NCBI GenBank assembly: GCA_951406725.2 | Contig: OX597814.1 | Span: forward strand, 162,254,001 to 162,318,000 | Length of the DNA: 64,000 nucleotides | Direction: 5' to 3' | Origin: Octopus vulgaris | Lineage: Eukaryota | Part shown: positions 1 through 12,175 of the stretch, piece after piece | How the letters are laid out: every line of letters starts with the position of its first letter | Position numbering within the stretch: position 1 is the first letter of the stretch | Position numbers and translations under genes: made by a program | The notes under the pieces: model-generated | Database searches by the model: none | Seen by the model: only the letters and a program-made list of their open reading frames with translations | What the model was told of the DNA's origin: nothing

Positions 1-448
1 GTGAGCTGATAATTACAAACGTTAATATTTTATTACTTCAATTTAGTTTTTTCAGGAAGAGCAAATTAATTTCTGATTGGTGTGGGTTCTTTCTATACAA
101 ATTGTACTTTTTATACAATAATTGATTTCTCTTTACCAGTCGTAAACCAATTTTTATAGAGATGAGTATATAATTGATTGAATGAACCCTGATATATAAC
201 TGTGTCTTAGTCAAGCCTTTGAGTGAAAAGCCTACATATGATCTCAGCCAGTTAGAAATAATAGATGAATCTTCCTCAGTTTCTACACTATCATTTTGCA
301 AAAAAAATAAATAAATAAAAATAAAAATAAAAAAGAGAAAAAGAAATGGATGCTTTAGTTACTCCTAGAAGGATAAAAGGACAAGATGGTCATGGTTGGA
401 GTGGCTCATGTATCTTCTCAAAGTTGATCTGGGGTTAAACAACAACAG

Positions 449-510
<62 letters not shown>

Positions 511-1760
511 ACTACATATTTTATTAGCCCTTGTGTAATAAATGGCAAAGCTATTACCAATGGGATTTGAAATGAAAGCATCAAAAAATGAGACTAAAAT
601 CTCTATGGCATTTTGTCTCATGATCTAATTTTTCTGCCAACATACTATTCACATTTTCTTTATTATTGATTTCTCACATTGGTAGAAAGCTGGAAATATG
701 TAAACACAGGTGCAGTGAGCCAATTAAATCGACCCCAGTAAATGCCTGTGTTTATTTTATCTTCAGTTAGACGAAAAGTTATGTCAACCCTCAGCAGGAT
801 TTGAACTCAAATATCAAAAGAGACAAAGTTAATTACTGTAAGACATTTGCATCTGGTATGGCCACTGCTTTTGAAATTCCATTTCTCGTCACTGTTTACA
901 TATTGATTGGAAAGGAAAATTACATTTCTAGCTATTTTGTTTAACTTTATATTATTTTGTATTGCTATTTCAATGTGAAGTTTATTATTTTATGATGGAA
1001 AAAGAATGTCTTTTTTTTATTTAACAGATGTTTCAGTTATTTTTGTATATCGCTGTTAAAAAAAGAGTTGTATATTAATTTTTCTAAGTCAGTTTTTTTT
1101 TAACAGTTAGACACAATCCATTTTATTGGCACCTCAACAATGAATTGAAATTGGTACTTATTATTTTCTAGTAAGGTAAACTGAAACAGGTGATTGAATG
1201 TATTTCAAAATTCTGTTTATTTATTCATATAAATAATATTTAAGCTTTGGTTTCCCCTTTTCCATTTTATTCATGAACCACAATTTCTGCTCCTTGAATA
1301 TAAGTAAATAAAGATTTTTCTCCCGCTATGACAAGGAGAAATGTTTTTATAGCAATTAATATTAAATATGAATTCCAACATCTAAATATATATCTAATGT
1401 AAACAATTATTTCGTAATAACTGTATGTTACAAAGAAAAGGAGCTTGAGGTTTTTGAGGAAGTTTTAATGGGAAGTTGTGATACCGATATTTGCTACCAA
1501 AATTAAAATAGGTTTGTGAATGGTAGAATAGAAATAATAGCACACTAAATATCATATATTTATTTATGGCTCTGCAAAAGGTCTCAATACAAATCTACTG
1601 AGAGTGGTTTTGACAGGAGTGCTAAAATACATGTTAGTTTATATATATATATATATACATCTTTTACCATTTCTCTTTTAGTTGTTTTTAGTCATTAGAC
1701 TGCAGCCACCTTGAAGAATTTTTGCTTGAATGAATTGACCTCAGGACTATATATATATCC

Positions 1761-1964
1761 TCATCATCAGCGTTTAATGTCCGCTTTCCATGCTAGCATG
1801 TGTTGGACGATTTGACTGAGGTCTGGTGAACCAGATGGCTGCACCAGACTCCAATCTGATCTGGCAGAGTTTCTACAACTGGATGCCCTTCCTAACGCCA
1901 ACCACTCCGAGAGTGTAGTGGGTGCTTTTATGTGCCACTGGCACAAGGGCCAGTCAGGCGGTAC
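1761..1964 (-). mobile_element. SINE-like repeat with (GAT)n tail (RTE-type 3' end), partial copy
   Basis: catcatc..gtttaatgtccgctttccatgctagcatg...ggatgcccttcctaacgccaaccactccgagagtgtagtgggtgctttt; the same sequence recurs at ~11403, ~15400, ~15700, ~32500 and ~51950. Confidence 0.8.
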
Positions 1965-2018
1965 GCTCAAATGGTGCTATATATATATATATATATATAT
2001 ATAATTGTTGTCAGTTCA

Positions 2019-2057
<39 letters not shown>

Positions 2058-2943
2058 CGTCAATTCAGTTGCTTATGTATTTTTACATCAAATATATAGA
2101 CTTGTTAGGCATAAATTAAAAAGCTAATACATAAAGACATAGATTTTGGTCAGAATTTCCAACCATAAGTGTTCAGCCAATCTATCAAGTGCACTACTAG
2201 GCTTATTGAATTTGTGTGTCTTTCCAAGTAGATTAGTAATATAATTGATTTGACATGACTTGCTTTGGGAATCAAACCCAAGCGACATGTTAGGGTGTTC
2301 AGAAATTCATTATATATTTTCCATAGAAAGAGAAGAGCAAATGTCAATTAAGTTTTCTTGAATATAATTTATCAATTATGTAATCACCATCATTATCAAT
2401 GACTGGCGCTCCTCAAATAACCAAATTTTTTCTTTGTTTAAAAAATTCTATGTTTTTTTTTTCTTCCTGCAAAAGTGTTTGGTTTAATGTTTCCAATGTC
2501 TTCTTTGTCTCTAAATGTTCTGCCATCCATATCATGTTCTAACAATTGAAACAAGCGAAAATCCATAGGTAATAAATTTGATAAGTATGGGGATGTCCTG
2601 TGCTAATGATCTTTACCTGGGTTTATTTCAGAGTTATGCTGGAGAATAACACCCTTTTGGTTTACCAAAAAACTGGCCTCTTTCAGAGTAATGCTTCATT
2701 TACCCAATTAAGTTAGTGGTAAAAGATGTCAGCATTAATGGTATATTGGTATATTTTGTTTCAGTAACTCATAACAGACAACACTATTCATGTTCTACCA
2801 GTTGCACAGGAAGAAGTCTGTTAATAATGTTCTAGTTTTGGTGTTGGCACCAGTTTTTTTTATTTACTGATTACCAGTATCTTTTCCTTTCTTGGTAGTG
2901 TCCATTTTCCAAACCAGTAACAAGGCAGTGCAGAAACAAGATC

Positions 2944-4492
2944 GTGAACCCCCTCCATTTGATAGATCGGTACCTCCAATGCTTCGATTGATCATCACGC
3001 GGGACCAAGTCAAACGTGTTATTCAAGGCCTCGATGTCAACAAGGGTCACGGCCCTGACGGCATACACCCACGGGTTATCAAAGCGTTGGCTCCGGTCAT
3101 CTGCGAGCCCTTAACACGACTATTCAATATGTCATTGGCGACGGGTGTTATACCTGCAGACTGGAGAACAGCGATAATCTGCCCAATTTTCAAGAAAGGG
3201 AGCCGCGAAGACCCGCTTAACTACCGACCGGTTTCCTTACATCAATAATCAGCAAGATGTTCGAAACCATCCTTAAGAAAAGTATGATGCTCCACCTCCT
3301 AAGCACAGCCTCGATCACTGATTCCCAACACGGCTTCGTGCCGAAGAGATCATGCTTGACCAACTTACTAGTAATGGAAGAATTGGTGACGCGCATCCTC
3401 GATGATAGTGATGCTGTTGACATCGTTTTATTGGACTTTGCCAAAGCTTTTGACTCGGTAAACCACCGCCTACTACTTGTCAAGCTTCAAGCATATAGTT
3501 TCCATCCAGATATTGTACGATGGGTTGGTGCCTTCCTCTCAGATCGCTCCTTCCAAGTTCAAGTTAATGGTTCGTGGTCCGACGTCTCCAGTGCGAGCAG
3601 TGGCGTGCCTCAAGGTTCAGTGCTTGGGCCCTTGTTGTTCTTAGTCTTCATAAATGACTTGCCCGACGACCTCACGCAACACACCCTTCTATTTGCCGAC
3701 GATATCAAACTGGTCGCTCCTCGCGGCAGTATAGAGGATCTTCGTCGATGCCTCCACCAAATTTGGAAGTGGTCTAACGATTGGGACCTGTGTCTGAACG
3801 TGTCAAAGTGCTGTCATCTGCCTGTCGGCTCTACTCCTACAACTCAACTTGATTTCGAGCCGGGTTGTCTGCTGCTGGAGAGGACCGATCAGGTAAAGGA
3901 CCTGGGTATCTTGGTGGATTCCTCCTTTTCGCCTTCGGCCCAGTGCGTCCATGCTGCCAACAAAGCGCGCGGAATTCTGTTTTTGATTCGACGGTCATTC
4001 GGAGTGCTCACAGCAGCCATATTCCTGCCACTCTATGTCACGCTGGTGAGACCCATATTGGAGTATGGGATTCAAGCCTCTTCTCCTTATCTCCTCAAAG
4101 ACATACAGCACCTCGAAAGAGTCCAGAGGCTGGCTACCCGCCTGGTTCATGGTCTCAAAAATTTGTCCTACGAAGAAAGGCTGAGGACGCTCGACCTTTA
4201 TTCTCTTGAAAAACGCCGCCGCCGTGGTGATCTCATTCTCGCCCACAACATCATAAGCGGGAAGTGTAACCTCTCGAAAGAGCTGTTCTTCACTCCTGCT
4301 CCGGAGCGTCGGCTGCGGGGTCATTCCGAAAAGCTCTACCTGCGACGATTTCATCTCAATCGAAGGAGAGGAGCTTTCTCCGTCCGGGTTACGGATCCGT
4401 GGAACAAGCTGCCAGATGAGATGGTGAAGATGCCGACGACCGCTTTGTTCAAAGCCTCCCTGGACCTCAAGTGGCCTGAACTCTTTACATGA
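2944..4492 (+). pseudogene. LINE ORF2 reverse transcriptase, 5'-truncated, one frameshift near 3240
   Basis: GPDGIHP, PIFKKG..NYRPVSL|(T)SIISK, QHGF, LDFAKAFDSV, SGVPQGSVLGP, LFADD, KDLGI, RPILEY, LRGH..KL, WNKLP. A 1-bp deletion at gtttccttacatca shifts the frame. Confidence 0.92.
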
Positions 4493-4581
4493 ACACCACC
4501 CTGTACTTAACTCCATGTCCCCCTACATGGCCTTGCTATTTGCTTTTGAGCCAAATTAACTAACTAACTAACTAACTAACT
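2944..4581 (+). mobile_element. 5'-truncated CR1-type LINE (RT region, 3' UTR, (CTAA)n tail) with 6-bp TSD
   Basis: RT motifs in ORFs 2892-3248 and 3257-4492; tail ...aattaactaactaactaactaactaactaa; AAGATC at 2938-2943 and 4582-4587 flanks it; composition is visibly GC- and CpG-richer than the flanks. Confidence 0.92.
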
Positions 4582-5862
4582 AAGATCCTGTTATTCTTGG
4601 GTTAGAGACTGCTGCAGATAGTGGAACATTCTGTTTGGTTTTCAAGTGAGATTTCATAAGAAAGCCAAATCCCTTCTTTGTATTTTTTCTCAATTTATGC
4701 AAGATGCTTATGGACAGTTGAACATGGTACATTCAGTTTCTGCACCAACTTTCTGGTGCTTTCTTGAACATATGAGTCAGCTTTTCTCATAAAAGATCAT
4801 TGGCCAGAACAAAGCTTATTGGAAAGATCATAATCTCCATTGATAAACTTCTGAAAGTATAAGTGGCATTTATGAGCTTTCATTGCATCATGATATACAG
4901 CACAAATGTTTTTCATTGCTTGTATTGCAGTACTACTGCTCTTTCAAAATTCATACAGTAAGCAATGACAGATGCTTATCTTTGAAGTTTTTATCTTCCA
5001 TGGGGTTAAACCTTTACATTATCAATGACACTGCTGGATAGAAGTGATGATAAGCTGGATATAATGTCATACTCTACCATTTAAGCATTGTCATACCTTA
5101 GTTGGTAAACTTATGATTTACAAGGGTGAAAATATAACTGTATTCTGAACACCTTCCCCAACATTTATCTTGATTTCTTAACCATGATGTCGCAGAGATT
5201 TAGAGGAAGGGAAAATGGGAAATGATGACACTCATGCATTCTTTTCCAATGACATTAGTTAAAATATTACAACATATTAATATACTATAACAATAAATTA
5301 AATCCTGGTGTTATTATATATTATCTACTTATTAAAGAAATGTTTGTTATGAATTACAAAACTGAATTAACTATAGCAATTATGGATAGATCGAATATAA
5401 ATAATCTTCATTTTAAAATTGCTGACATCACATATGGGTGACCTTGTAAACCAACAAACTAAATTGGTTTCATATATTTGGAAATAAAATTTAAGAAATT
5501 GCATGCAAAGTAGAAATTGAATTTTTCAGAAATCTGACACATTATTAGGCTTCATAATTTAAAAATGCATGACAACATAGAAACTTAGATTATTCACTCC
5601 TTTATAACAATGAGATAGAATATTTTAGATTGCTATTGACATTATACCCATTGTTGTTATTTTCACATGCAATTTTATGTGTTAGCATTACATATGAGAA
5701 CATCTAAAACTACATGCTGTCCTTAACTTTTGCTACCCAATTTCTATGGTTTCGCAATCTGATTATAACATTCCAAGATATGAAATTACTTTGAGATGAT
5801 TGGTTCGAAATCTGCTGACTTAAATATTGCTCTAAAACTTAAAGAATGAGATTATAACTTCA

Positions 5863-5924
<62 letters not shown>

Positions 5925-6359
5925 ACTTTCTTTTTACCTCCCTCTCTCTTTCTCTCTCTCCTTCCCTCTCTTTCTCACATGCACATTAAATAAATCAAAG
6001 GGAGAGACTTGTTAGTAATTGGTTGACCTGCAAGAAATAGCAGTCATCTCTTTCTTAAATTGCACCCTACCATCTTAAACAAAGGCAGGACACATTCAAT
6101 AGTATAGTCCTAGATATATAATACTTGAAAATATGGCTGGAACACTGCTGATCATAGGTCAATTTGGTCAGGGCAAACTTGAGGCTAACAACAATAACAA
6201 GCACAAACAACTGTAACAGCAACAACAACAAATCATTAAAGGGAATCATAAATCATTCCAAATTATTCCACGTCAATATTTTTCTTACACAGAAGCGTCT
6301 TGATTAAAACAAAACATTCTCATTGGTTCATTTAGTTCTGTGAAGTAAGTAGTGTTTAA

Positions 6360-6602
6360 CACTTTAGCATTCAGATTACTCTGTCAAATGTGATGTTTGT
6401 TTGTTCACATTGTTTTGAATTAATTATGCATTATCTCACTATTATCTCACTATCTATCTTATAGCTTCAAGATTTTGATGATGTGATTGTTTATTCTTAA
6501 AATAACATTGTAGGGTGGGTGTGAAAGGCCAGATTTAGCGGGTTAGAACATGAAAGAAGTAACATGTTTGGGATGGATATGGCCAGTTTAAATGCTAATG
6601 AG
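6360..6602. mobile_element. piggyBac-type MITE (TTAA-flanked)
   Basis: TTAA|cactttagcatt ... aatgctaatgag|TTAA imperfect terminal inverted repeats; a related copy is at 45889-46079. Confidence 0.65.
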
Positions 6603-6682
6603 TTAATTCAAAGATAAGTGGAAACAACAGGGTTATTAGACAAATCGTTAAGTAGTATAAACTACATTTTCCCCCTTCTACA

Positions 6683-6683
<1 letters not shown>

Positions 6684-6763
<80 letters not shown>

Positions 6764-6826
6764 AAGAAGAGGAAGAGGAAGAAGAAGAAGAAGAAGAAGA
6801 AGAAGAAGAAGAAGAAGAAAGAAGAA
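6684..6826. repeat. Compound microsatellite (AAT)n-(GAA)n
   Basis: Direct reading of the sequence. Confidence 0.97.
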
Positions 6827-7870
6827 TGATTTCATTTATTTGCCACCAGGACGAAGGATGAGGGAGACAATACAAAACAGATATAAAGTGTGGGAGTTTA
6901 CATATAACGAAATGATAAAATATATAAATACCTCCCCCCACCAAAGGAGTAAGTATACATAGTATACAATAAAATGGGAGGGAAATATACATAGTATACA
7001 CAAGCTGACAACAACAAAAAAATAAGGTGGGGATGATAGAGATGTAGTCTTCCTAATACAGGATGACCTTTAGAGATAATCAATGTACCCCACTGTCCGA
7101 GATCTCCCTGAACACCAAGGGCAAATACCCTCTTCAATTCCCTTTCTCTGACTCATAGGTCTGCATTTAGAGAAGTGTCATCTACTCTTACCATTTTTAC
7201 AACTTACACCCACCTTTCATTAAACTCACTCAAGGACAGCACTTCCCTCTCCACCCTCAATTTTCTTTTCAAGCAAAACTTGAACGTATTTGTTGTTATG
7301 CCTTTTGGCCTCATCCACCAGACAAGCTCTTTCACCACAGCCACCAGGTAAAGGGAAACTGCCTTGCCTGTCTGATTAAGGAAGGGCATCAGGGCAATAA
7401 TCACTATGGACGTGGCCAATAAAGGATCCATCCCACACATGACAGCAGCTGTTTGACAACCCCACAAGTCAGCATTGTTTGGACACTGAATGAGTGCAAG
7501 CAGAATGGTTTCATCACACTGTACATATCTCAGACAAGCCCATCTGACAGCACATCCAAGCCTGTAGAGTTTATTCTGAACTGGTAGCATTCCCTGGTAG
7601 AACTGTCAGGCTAAGGACATCTGAAAATTATCCATGATAGCTCCCAACCGGAAAGTCCTCCAGATCAGACTGGCCAGTTTGTTTACATTGATGCCTAGAG
7701 TCTTCCCTGCCACTAATCCTCAATAAATTTATAAAGCAGAACATCCATTGCCTGAATGGTAGAGGGCTGTGAAGCACCTGATGACATTCTAGGAGCCAGA
7801 TTCCTAGAATGTTGTCAGATGCTCACAGCCCTCTACCAGTTGAATAATTAATAGTTTTACACTGGAAGCT
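6826..7870 (-). mobile_element. 3' fragment of an L1/Tx1-type LINE (C-terminal Cys/His region + 3' UTR)
   Basis: ORF 7204-7590: C..CDETILLALIQC (degenerate CCHC), AVVKELVWWMR.KG, FK..LKRKLRVER..L...F.ERW. AATAAA (minus) at 6835-6840 lies just before a (TTC)n tract. Confidence 0.7.
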
Positions 7871-8400
7871 TTGTCAGAAATGGGGATTTGAAGCTAGAGG
7901 TACATGATATGATCATCAGGTTGAAAGTGAGCTGGAGTCAAAGAAATGCAAAATTTTATGGTATTTTCTAATTCAAACATATAAGAAGCTCGAAAATAAT
8001 AGACTAGACATAACAATAATAGACAAGGAAAAGTGGAGCTGCTTACTAATTGATCCATCATGTCCATTTGATTCCAGGATTGTAAAGAAAGAGGATCAAA
8101 AATGAAAGAACTACAATCCTTTAAAATTTGAAATTTCATCAGTTTGGAGTACATGAACTGTAGATGTTGTGCTTGTAATAATTGGTGCATTGGGAACAAT
8201 AATCAAAGATATAGATAAATAGTTGAAGGAGATTGGAATAAAATGTCCTATAGAGCTTCTACAGAAAGTTTCCTTCTAAGGGACAGGGAAAGTTATCTGG
8301 AGGGTCTTAAGCACTTGAAAGACTATTGAAAGCTTGTCGATACCTAAGGTTACAGGTAGGAACCCACTATCAACATAAATTCTACCAGGAACAAGAACAA
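7870..8400 (+). mobile_element. Decayed 3' end of a non-LTR element with restriction-like endonuclease (R4/Dong/NeSL type)
   Basis: Manual translation gives KILWYFLIQT.KKLENNRLDI, LLID..CPFDSRI..KE, VIIGALGTI and LLQK, matching the ILWDFxIQTD..RPDI..ID..P..E..K..Y...GALG REL pattern. Confidence 0.65.
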
Positions 8401-9182
8401 ACCTGAGTTAAATCAATGATGACGATAATGATGATGATGATGTTAATAAATAGATGAATTTTACTTCTAAACCAAATATTTTAGAACAATAAGATATGAA
8501 AACTTTTGCTTTGGTTGCATTAATGTACATCACTGTGTGTTACTTTTGCTAATAATAATTAATTAATTGCATGAAAATAGGGGGTAAATGCTAATGAGTT
8601 ACAAAGGACATATATAGAAATTTATGCAGCTATTCAGTTACATAGCTACTATTTAAGAGATATAAAACCTATGCAAAGACACAGTTATACAAGACAGAAT
8701 TTCCAGACATTAAAATTGTATTTAAATCACATTCATATATTTCCTCTGTGAAACATGAATTGCAATAGAAATGAATACATTTATGGAGCACAATTGAATT
8801 AAGTTTTGAAGGATGTGTGATGTATTATTTATATACTTATTAAAAGACAAAAATATCCAATTTGCAATTATGTGTGTGTGTGTGTGTATGCATGTGTATG
8901 TCTATATACACACATACATGTAATGACAGAATGGAGTTTTATTTTTAATTTGTATATAAATAATACATCTTGCACCCTTCAATATATATATGTATACACA
9001 CACACATACATATGTGTATATGTATGTATATATAAATTTATATATACATTTATACATATATATGTGTGTGTGTATGAATATATATATATGTTCATATATA
9101 TATGCACGTCCACCCACATACACACACGATTTATATTCAAAACAAGGCAATCTATTAGCTATATAAATGCTGATTATCTGCC

Positions 9183-9244
9183 TACTACTACTACTACTAC
9201 TACTGCTGTCACTGCCACCACCACTTTTATTATTGTTATTATTA

Positions 9245-9285
<41 letters not shown>

Positions 9286-9320
9286 GTTGTTGTTGTTGTT
9301 GTTATTATTATTGTTATTAT
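9183..9320. repeat. (CTA)n / (ATT)n / (GTT)n microsatellite cluster
   Basis: Direct reading. Confidence 0.95.
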
Positions 9321-9728
9321 TTGTATGTGTGCCAGTGTGTCCATGTATGTGTGAGTTTGGTGGCAGTAAGTAGATGCTACAGACGTAAGTACATGACAAT
9401 AGATTTATTAATCTGCATTTCTTCTGGATCCATTACACTTATGATTTGATTCCTATCTAGCTTAGCAGTATTATGAAGATTTATACACACATACACATAC
9501 ATACACATGTACATATGCATATATGTGCACACCACACACACACATGCATGCATACACTCACACATTACTAATTCCTACATACAAACACAGACTTATACCT
9601 ACACTCACATACATACACTTATACCTATACATACACCTGTATGTATGTATATATCTGTTTGTTTGTCTGTCTGTGAGTCCCTCTCTCTCTCTCTCTCAAT
9701 CTATTTATCTATATATCTGCCTGCCTGC

Positions 9729-9763
<35 letters not shown>

Positions 9764-9857
9764 CCTATCTACCTACCTACCTACCTACCTACCTACCTAC
9801 CTACCTTCCTACCTACTTATCAATCTATCTATATATCTATCTATTTATCATAAGCAC

Positions 9858-10020
9858 AGGAGTGGCTGTGTAGTAAGTAGCTTGCTTACCAACCACGTGG
9901 TTCTGGGTTCATTCCCACTGTGTGGCACCTTGGGCAAGTATCTTCTACTATAGCCTCGGGCCAACCAAAATCTTGTGAGTGGATTTGGTAGACGGAATCT
10001 GAAAGAAGCCTGTCGTATGT

Positions 10021-10075
<55 letters not shown>

Positions 10076-10285
10076 TGCATCTTTGTTTGTCACCCCAACA
10101 TTACTTGACAACCGATGCTGATGTGATTATGTCCCCCGTAACTTAGCGGTTTGGCAATAAGACACCGATAAAACAAGTACTAGGCTTACAGAGAATAAGT
10201 CCTGGGGTCAGTTTGCACAACTAAAAAAAAAGGTAGTGCTCCAGCATGGCCACAGTCAATTGACTGAAACAAATATAAAATAAAG
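9858..10285 (+). mobile_element. Full-length tRNA-derived SINE with internal (TG)n (octopus OR/OK-like; family not assigned)
   Basis: A-box-like ggctgtgtagtaag, B-box-like ggttcattccc, core ccttgggcaagtatcttctactatagcc, 3' end gctccagcatggccacagtc..tgactgaaacaa; homologous copies throughout the window. Confidence 0.85.
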
Positions 10286-10385
10286 GAAGAACATCTATCT
10301 ACCTATTTATCTAACTTTCTGTCTCTTTGTTTATTTGTCTGTCTGACTGTCTGTTTGTCAATTTATCTATCTGCCTGCCTGCCAG

Positions 10386-10417
<32 letters not shown>

Positions 10418-10426
10418 CCAGCCTGC

Positions 10427-10460
<34 letters not shown>

Positions 10461-11144
10461 ATCTATCTATCTATTTACAGCTAGCTTGTTGGCTGTTTGA
10501 ATATATACACACAGGAACATATGTACCCTTAACATATTTAAATTAACATATGAAAAAAAGAAAAATCAGAGTACACTTATTTTTCAATATTAATTATTTC
10601 CATTTATTTAATCATGATTCAATCTATATATGAAGGGAAAAGAGAAATTTTTACTTTTATATGAATGATATTAGCCTAATGCAGTTACTGACTGTATCAA
10701 TAATGACACAAAATGGATGTCATTTGATTTAAGAAATTGAAAAGCATATTTTTTCAACCTGAATGGAGTGTGTTCATTAAAGATTGAAATTAATATTCTT
10801 TTGGTTAGCTAAAATTTCTATTAAGAGAAGCACTTCTAGAAGGCATTTAATCTATAAGTTTGATGTTCATATTATGCAGACATTCTTCCCCACTTTTTTT
10901 TACAGTACCTTTTTCTGTATCTTTTACTCATTTTAGTCATTGTATTGTGGCCATGCTGGGGTACTGCCTTGAAGAGTTTTAGTGAAACAAACTGACCCCA
11001 GTACTTATTTTTAAGTAGGGTAATTATTTTATTGACCTTCTTTTGTTACTGCTATGTTATGGGAACATAAACAAATCAACACCAGTCATCAAGTGATAGT
11101 GGGGCCAAACACATATACAAAGAACACATGCACACAAACACACA

Positions 11145-11182
<38 letters not shown>

Positions 11183-11185
<3 letters not shown>

Positions 11186-11390
11186 AAGCTTTATGAAAAT
11201 AGACAAAAGACGAAGGCAGGTGGAAAACAAACAAACAATTGTATTAGTATGGCGCTCAGGAAATATAAATAAAACAAGTCTTTAACGTTTCGAGCCTACG
11301 CTCTTCAACAGAAAGATACACAGAGAAAAAAAAACACAGAAAGAAGGAGAGAAAAAAATATGCGTGCAGTAACTAACGAATCAACATGGC
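11183..11390 (-). mobile_element. Probable Penelope-like element terminal-repeat relic between (TA)n tracts
   Basis: Contains a minimal hammerhead-type motif (next feature), a known hallmark of PLE pseudo-LTRs. No PLE ORF is visible. Confidence 0.5.
11279..11316 (-). ncRNA. Minimal type I hammerhead ribozyme-like motif, variant core
   Basis: Minus strand: UCUUU-CUGUUGA-A-GAGC-GUAG-GCUC-GAAA-CGU-U-AAAGA. Stem I UCUUU/AAAGA and stem II GAGC/GCUC are perfectly paired; stem III is the palindrome ACGU. Confidence 0.65.
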
Positions 11391-11402
11391 GATATATATA
11401 TA

Positions 11403-11850
11403 TCATCATCATCATCATCATCGTTTAACGTCCATTTTCCATGCTAGTATGGGATGGACGGTTCGACTGGGGTCTGGGAAGCCAGGAGGCTGCACCAGGC
11501 TCCAGTTTGATCTGGCAGTGTTTCTACAGCTGGATGCCCTTCCTAACACCAACCATTCCATGAGTATAGTGGGTGCTTTTTATGTGCCACCAGCACAGGT
11601 GCCAGGGGAGGCTGGCAACGGCCACAATCGGTAGGTGCTCTTTACATGCAACCGGCACAGAAGCCAGTCAAGGCGGCGCTGGCATCGGCCACGTACGGAT
11701 AGTGCTTTTTATGTGCCACCAGCACAGGTGCCAGGGGAGGCTGGCAATGACCACGATTGGTTGGTGTTTTTTACATGCATCGGCCACGTACGGATGGTGC
11801 TTTTTATGTGCCACCGGCACAGGTATCACAACTACAATTTCCATTTGAAT
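11403..11850 (-). mobile_element. (GAT)n-tailed SINE-like repeat with internal tandem array
   Basis: Same family as 1761-1964; the motif gtgcttttta(t/c)(g/a)tgc..c.gcacag recurs about five times between 11570 and 11825. Confidence 0.8.
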
Positions 11851-12136
11851 TTTTGATGTTGATGTACTTGACTCAATGTGTATCCTCAAGCACAGCAGGT
11901 CAACCAAAATACAGGAGGCAAGAACAACACTCCTAGGACAACTCAATATATCTAGTGGGACATTCCCTTCTTTAAGCATGTACTTGATGTGACACAAACT
12001 GCTCAGATTAATACAACACAATTAGATGCACAATATCCTATCTTTAACAGACTGTTGTAGGACGAGTTGAAATGATCATCGTTCTAAATAAAGACTAGTG
12101 CTAAATCTATCTTCCATTTCCTTCATTATATACATG

Positions 12137-12175
<39 letters not shown>

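Larger units (their letters stand above)
2369..5001 (-). pseudogene. Highly decayed mariner transposase, split by the CR1-type LINE at 2944-4581
   Basis: Minus-strand manual translation. Right flank: HCLLYEF..NICAVY, FQKF..GD.DL, STRKLVQKLNVPCSTVHKHL..IWLSYEI (WVPHEL-like). Left flank: LVNQKGVILQHN, HPxY-like region and C-terminal VIDNDGDYIID*. Many stops and frameshifts. Confidence 0.7.

Noticed and set aside
38-301. 87-aa minus ORF at the window start
   Set aside because: TTG start next to a poly-T run, no recognisable motif and no convincing donor site; cannot be supported as coding.
3865-4516. Alternative-frame and antisense ORFs over the first LINE
   Set aside because: By-products of GC-rich RT coding sequence.
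4556-4583. (CTAA)n run as a telomere-like repeat
   Set aside because: It is a 4-mer lying directly after the LINE 3' UTR and before the TSD, so it is the LINE tail, not (TTAGGG)n or (TTAGG)n.
11570-11830. Repeat-spacer-like pattern as a CRISPR array
   Set aside because: Units are degenerate, the 'spacers' are related to each other, the array is inside a SINE, and there are no cas genes in this eukaryotic DNA.
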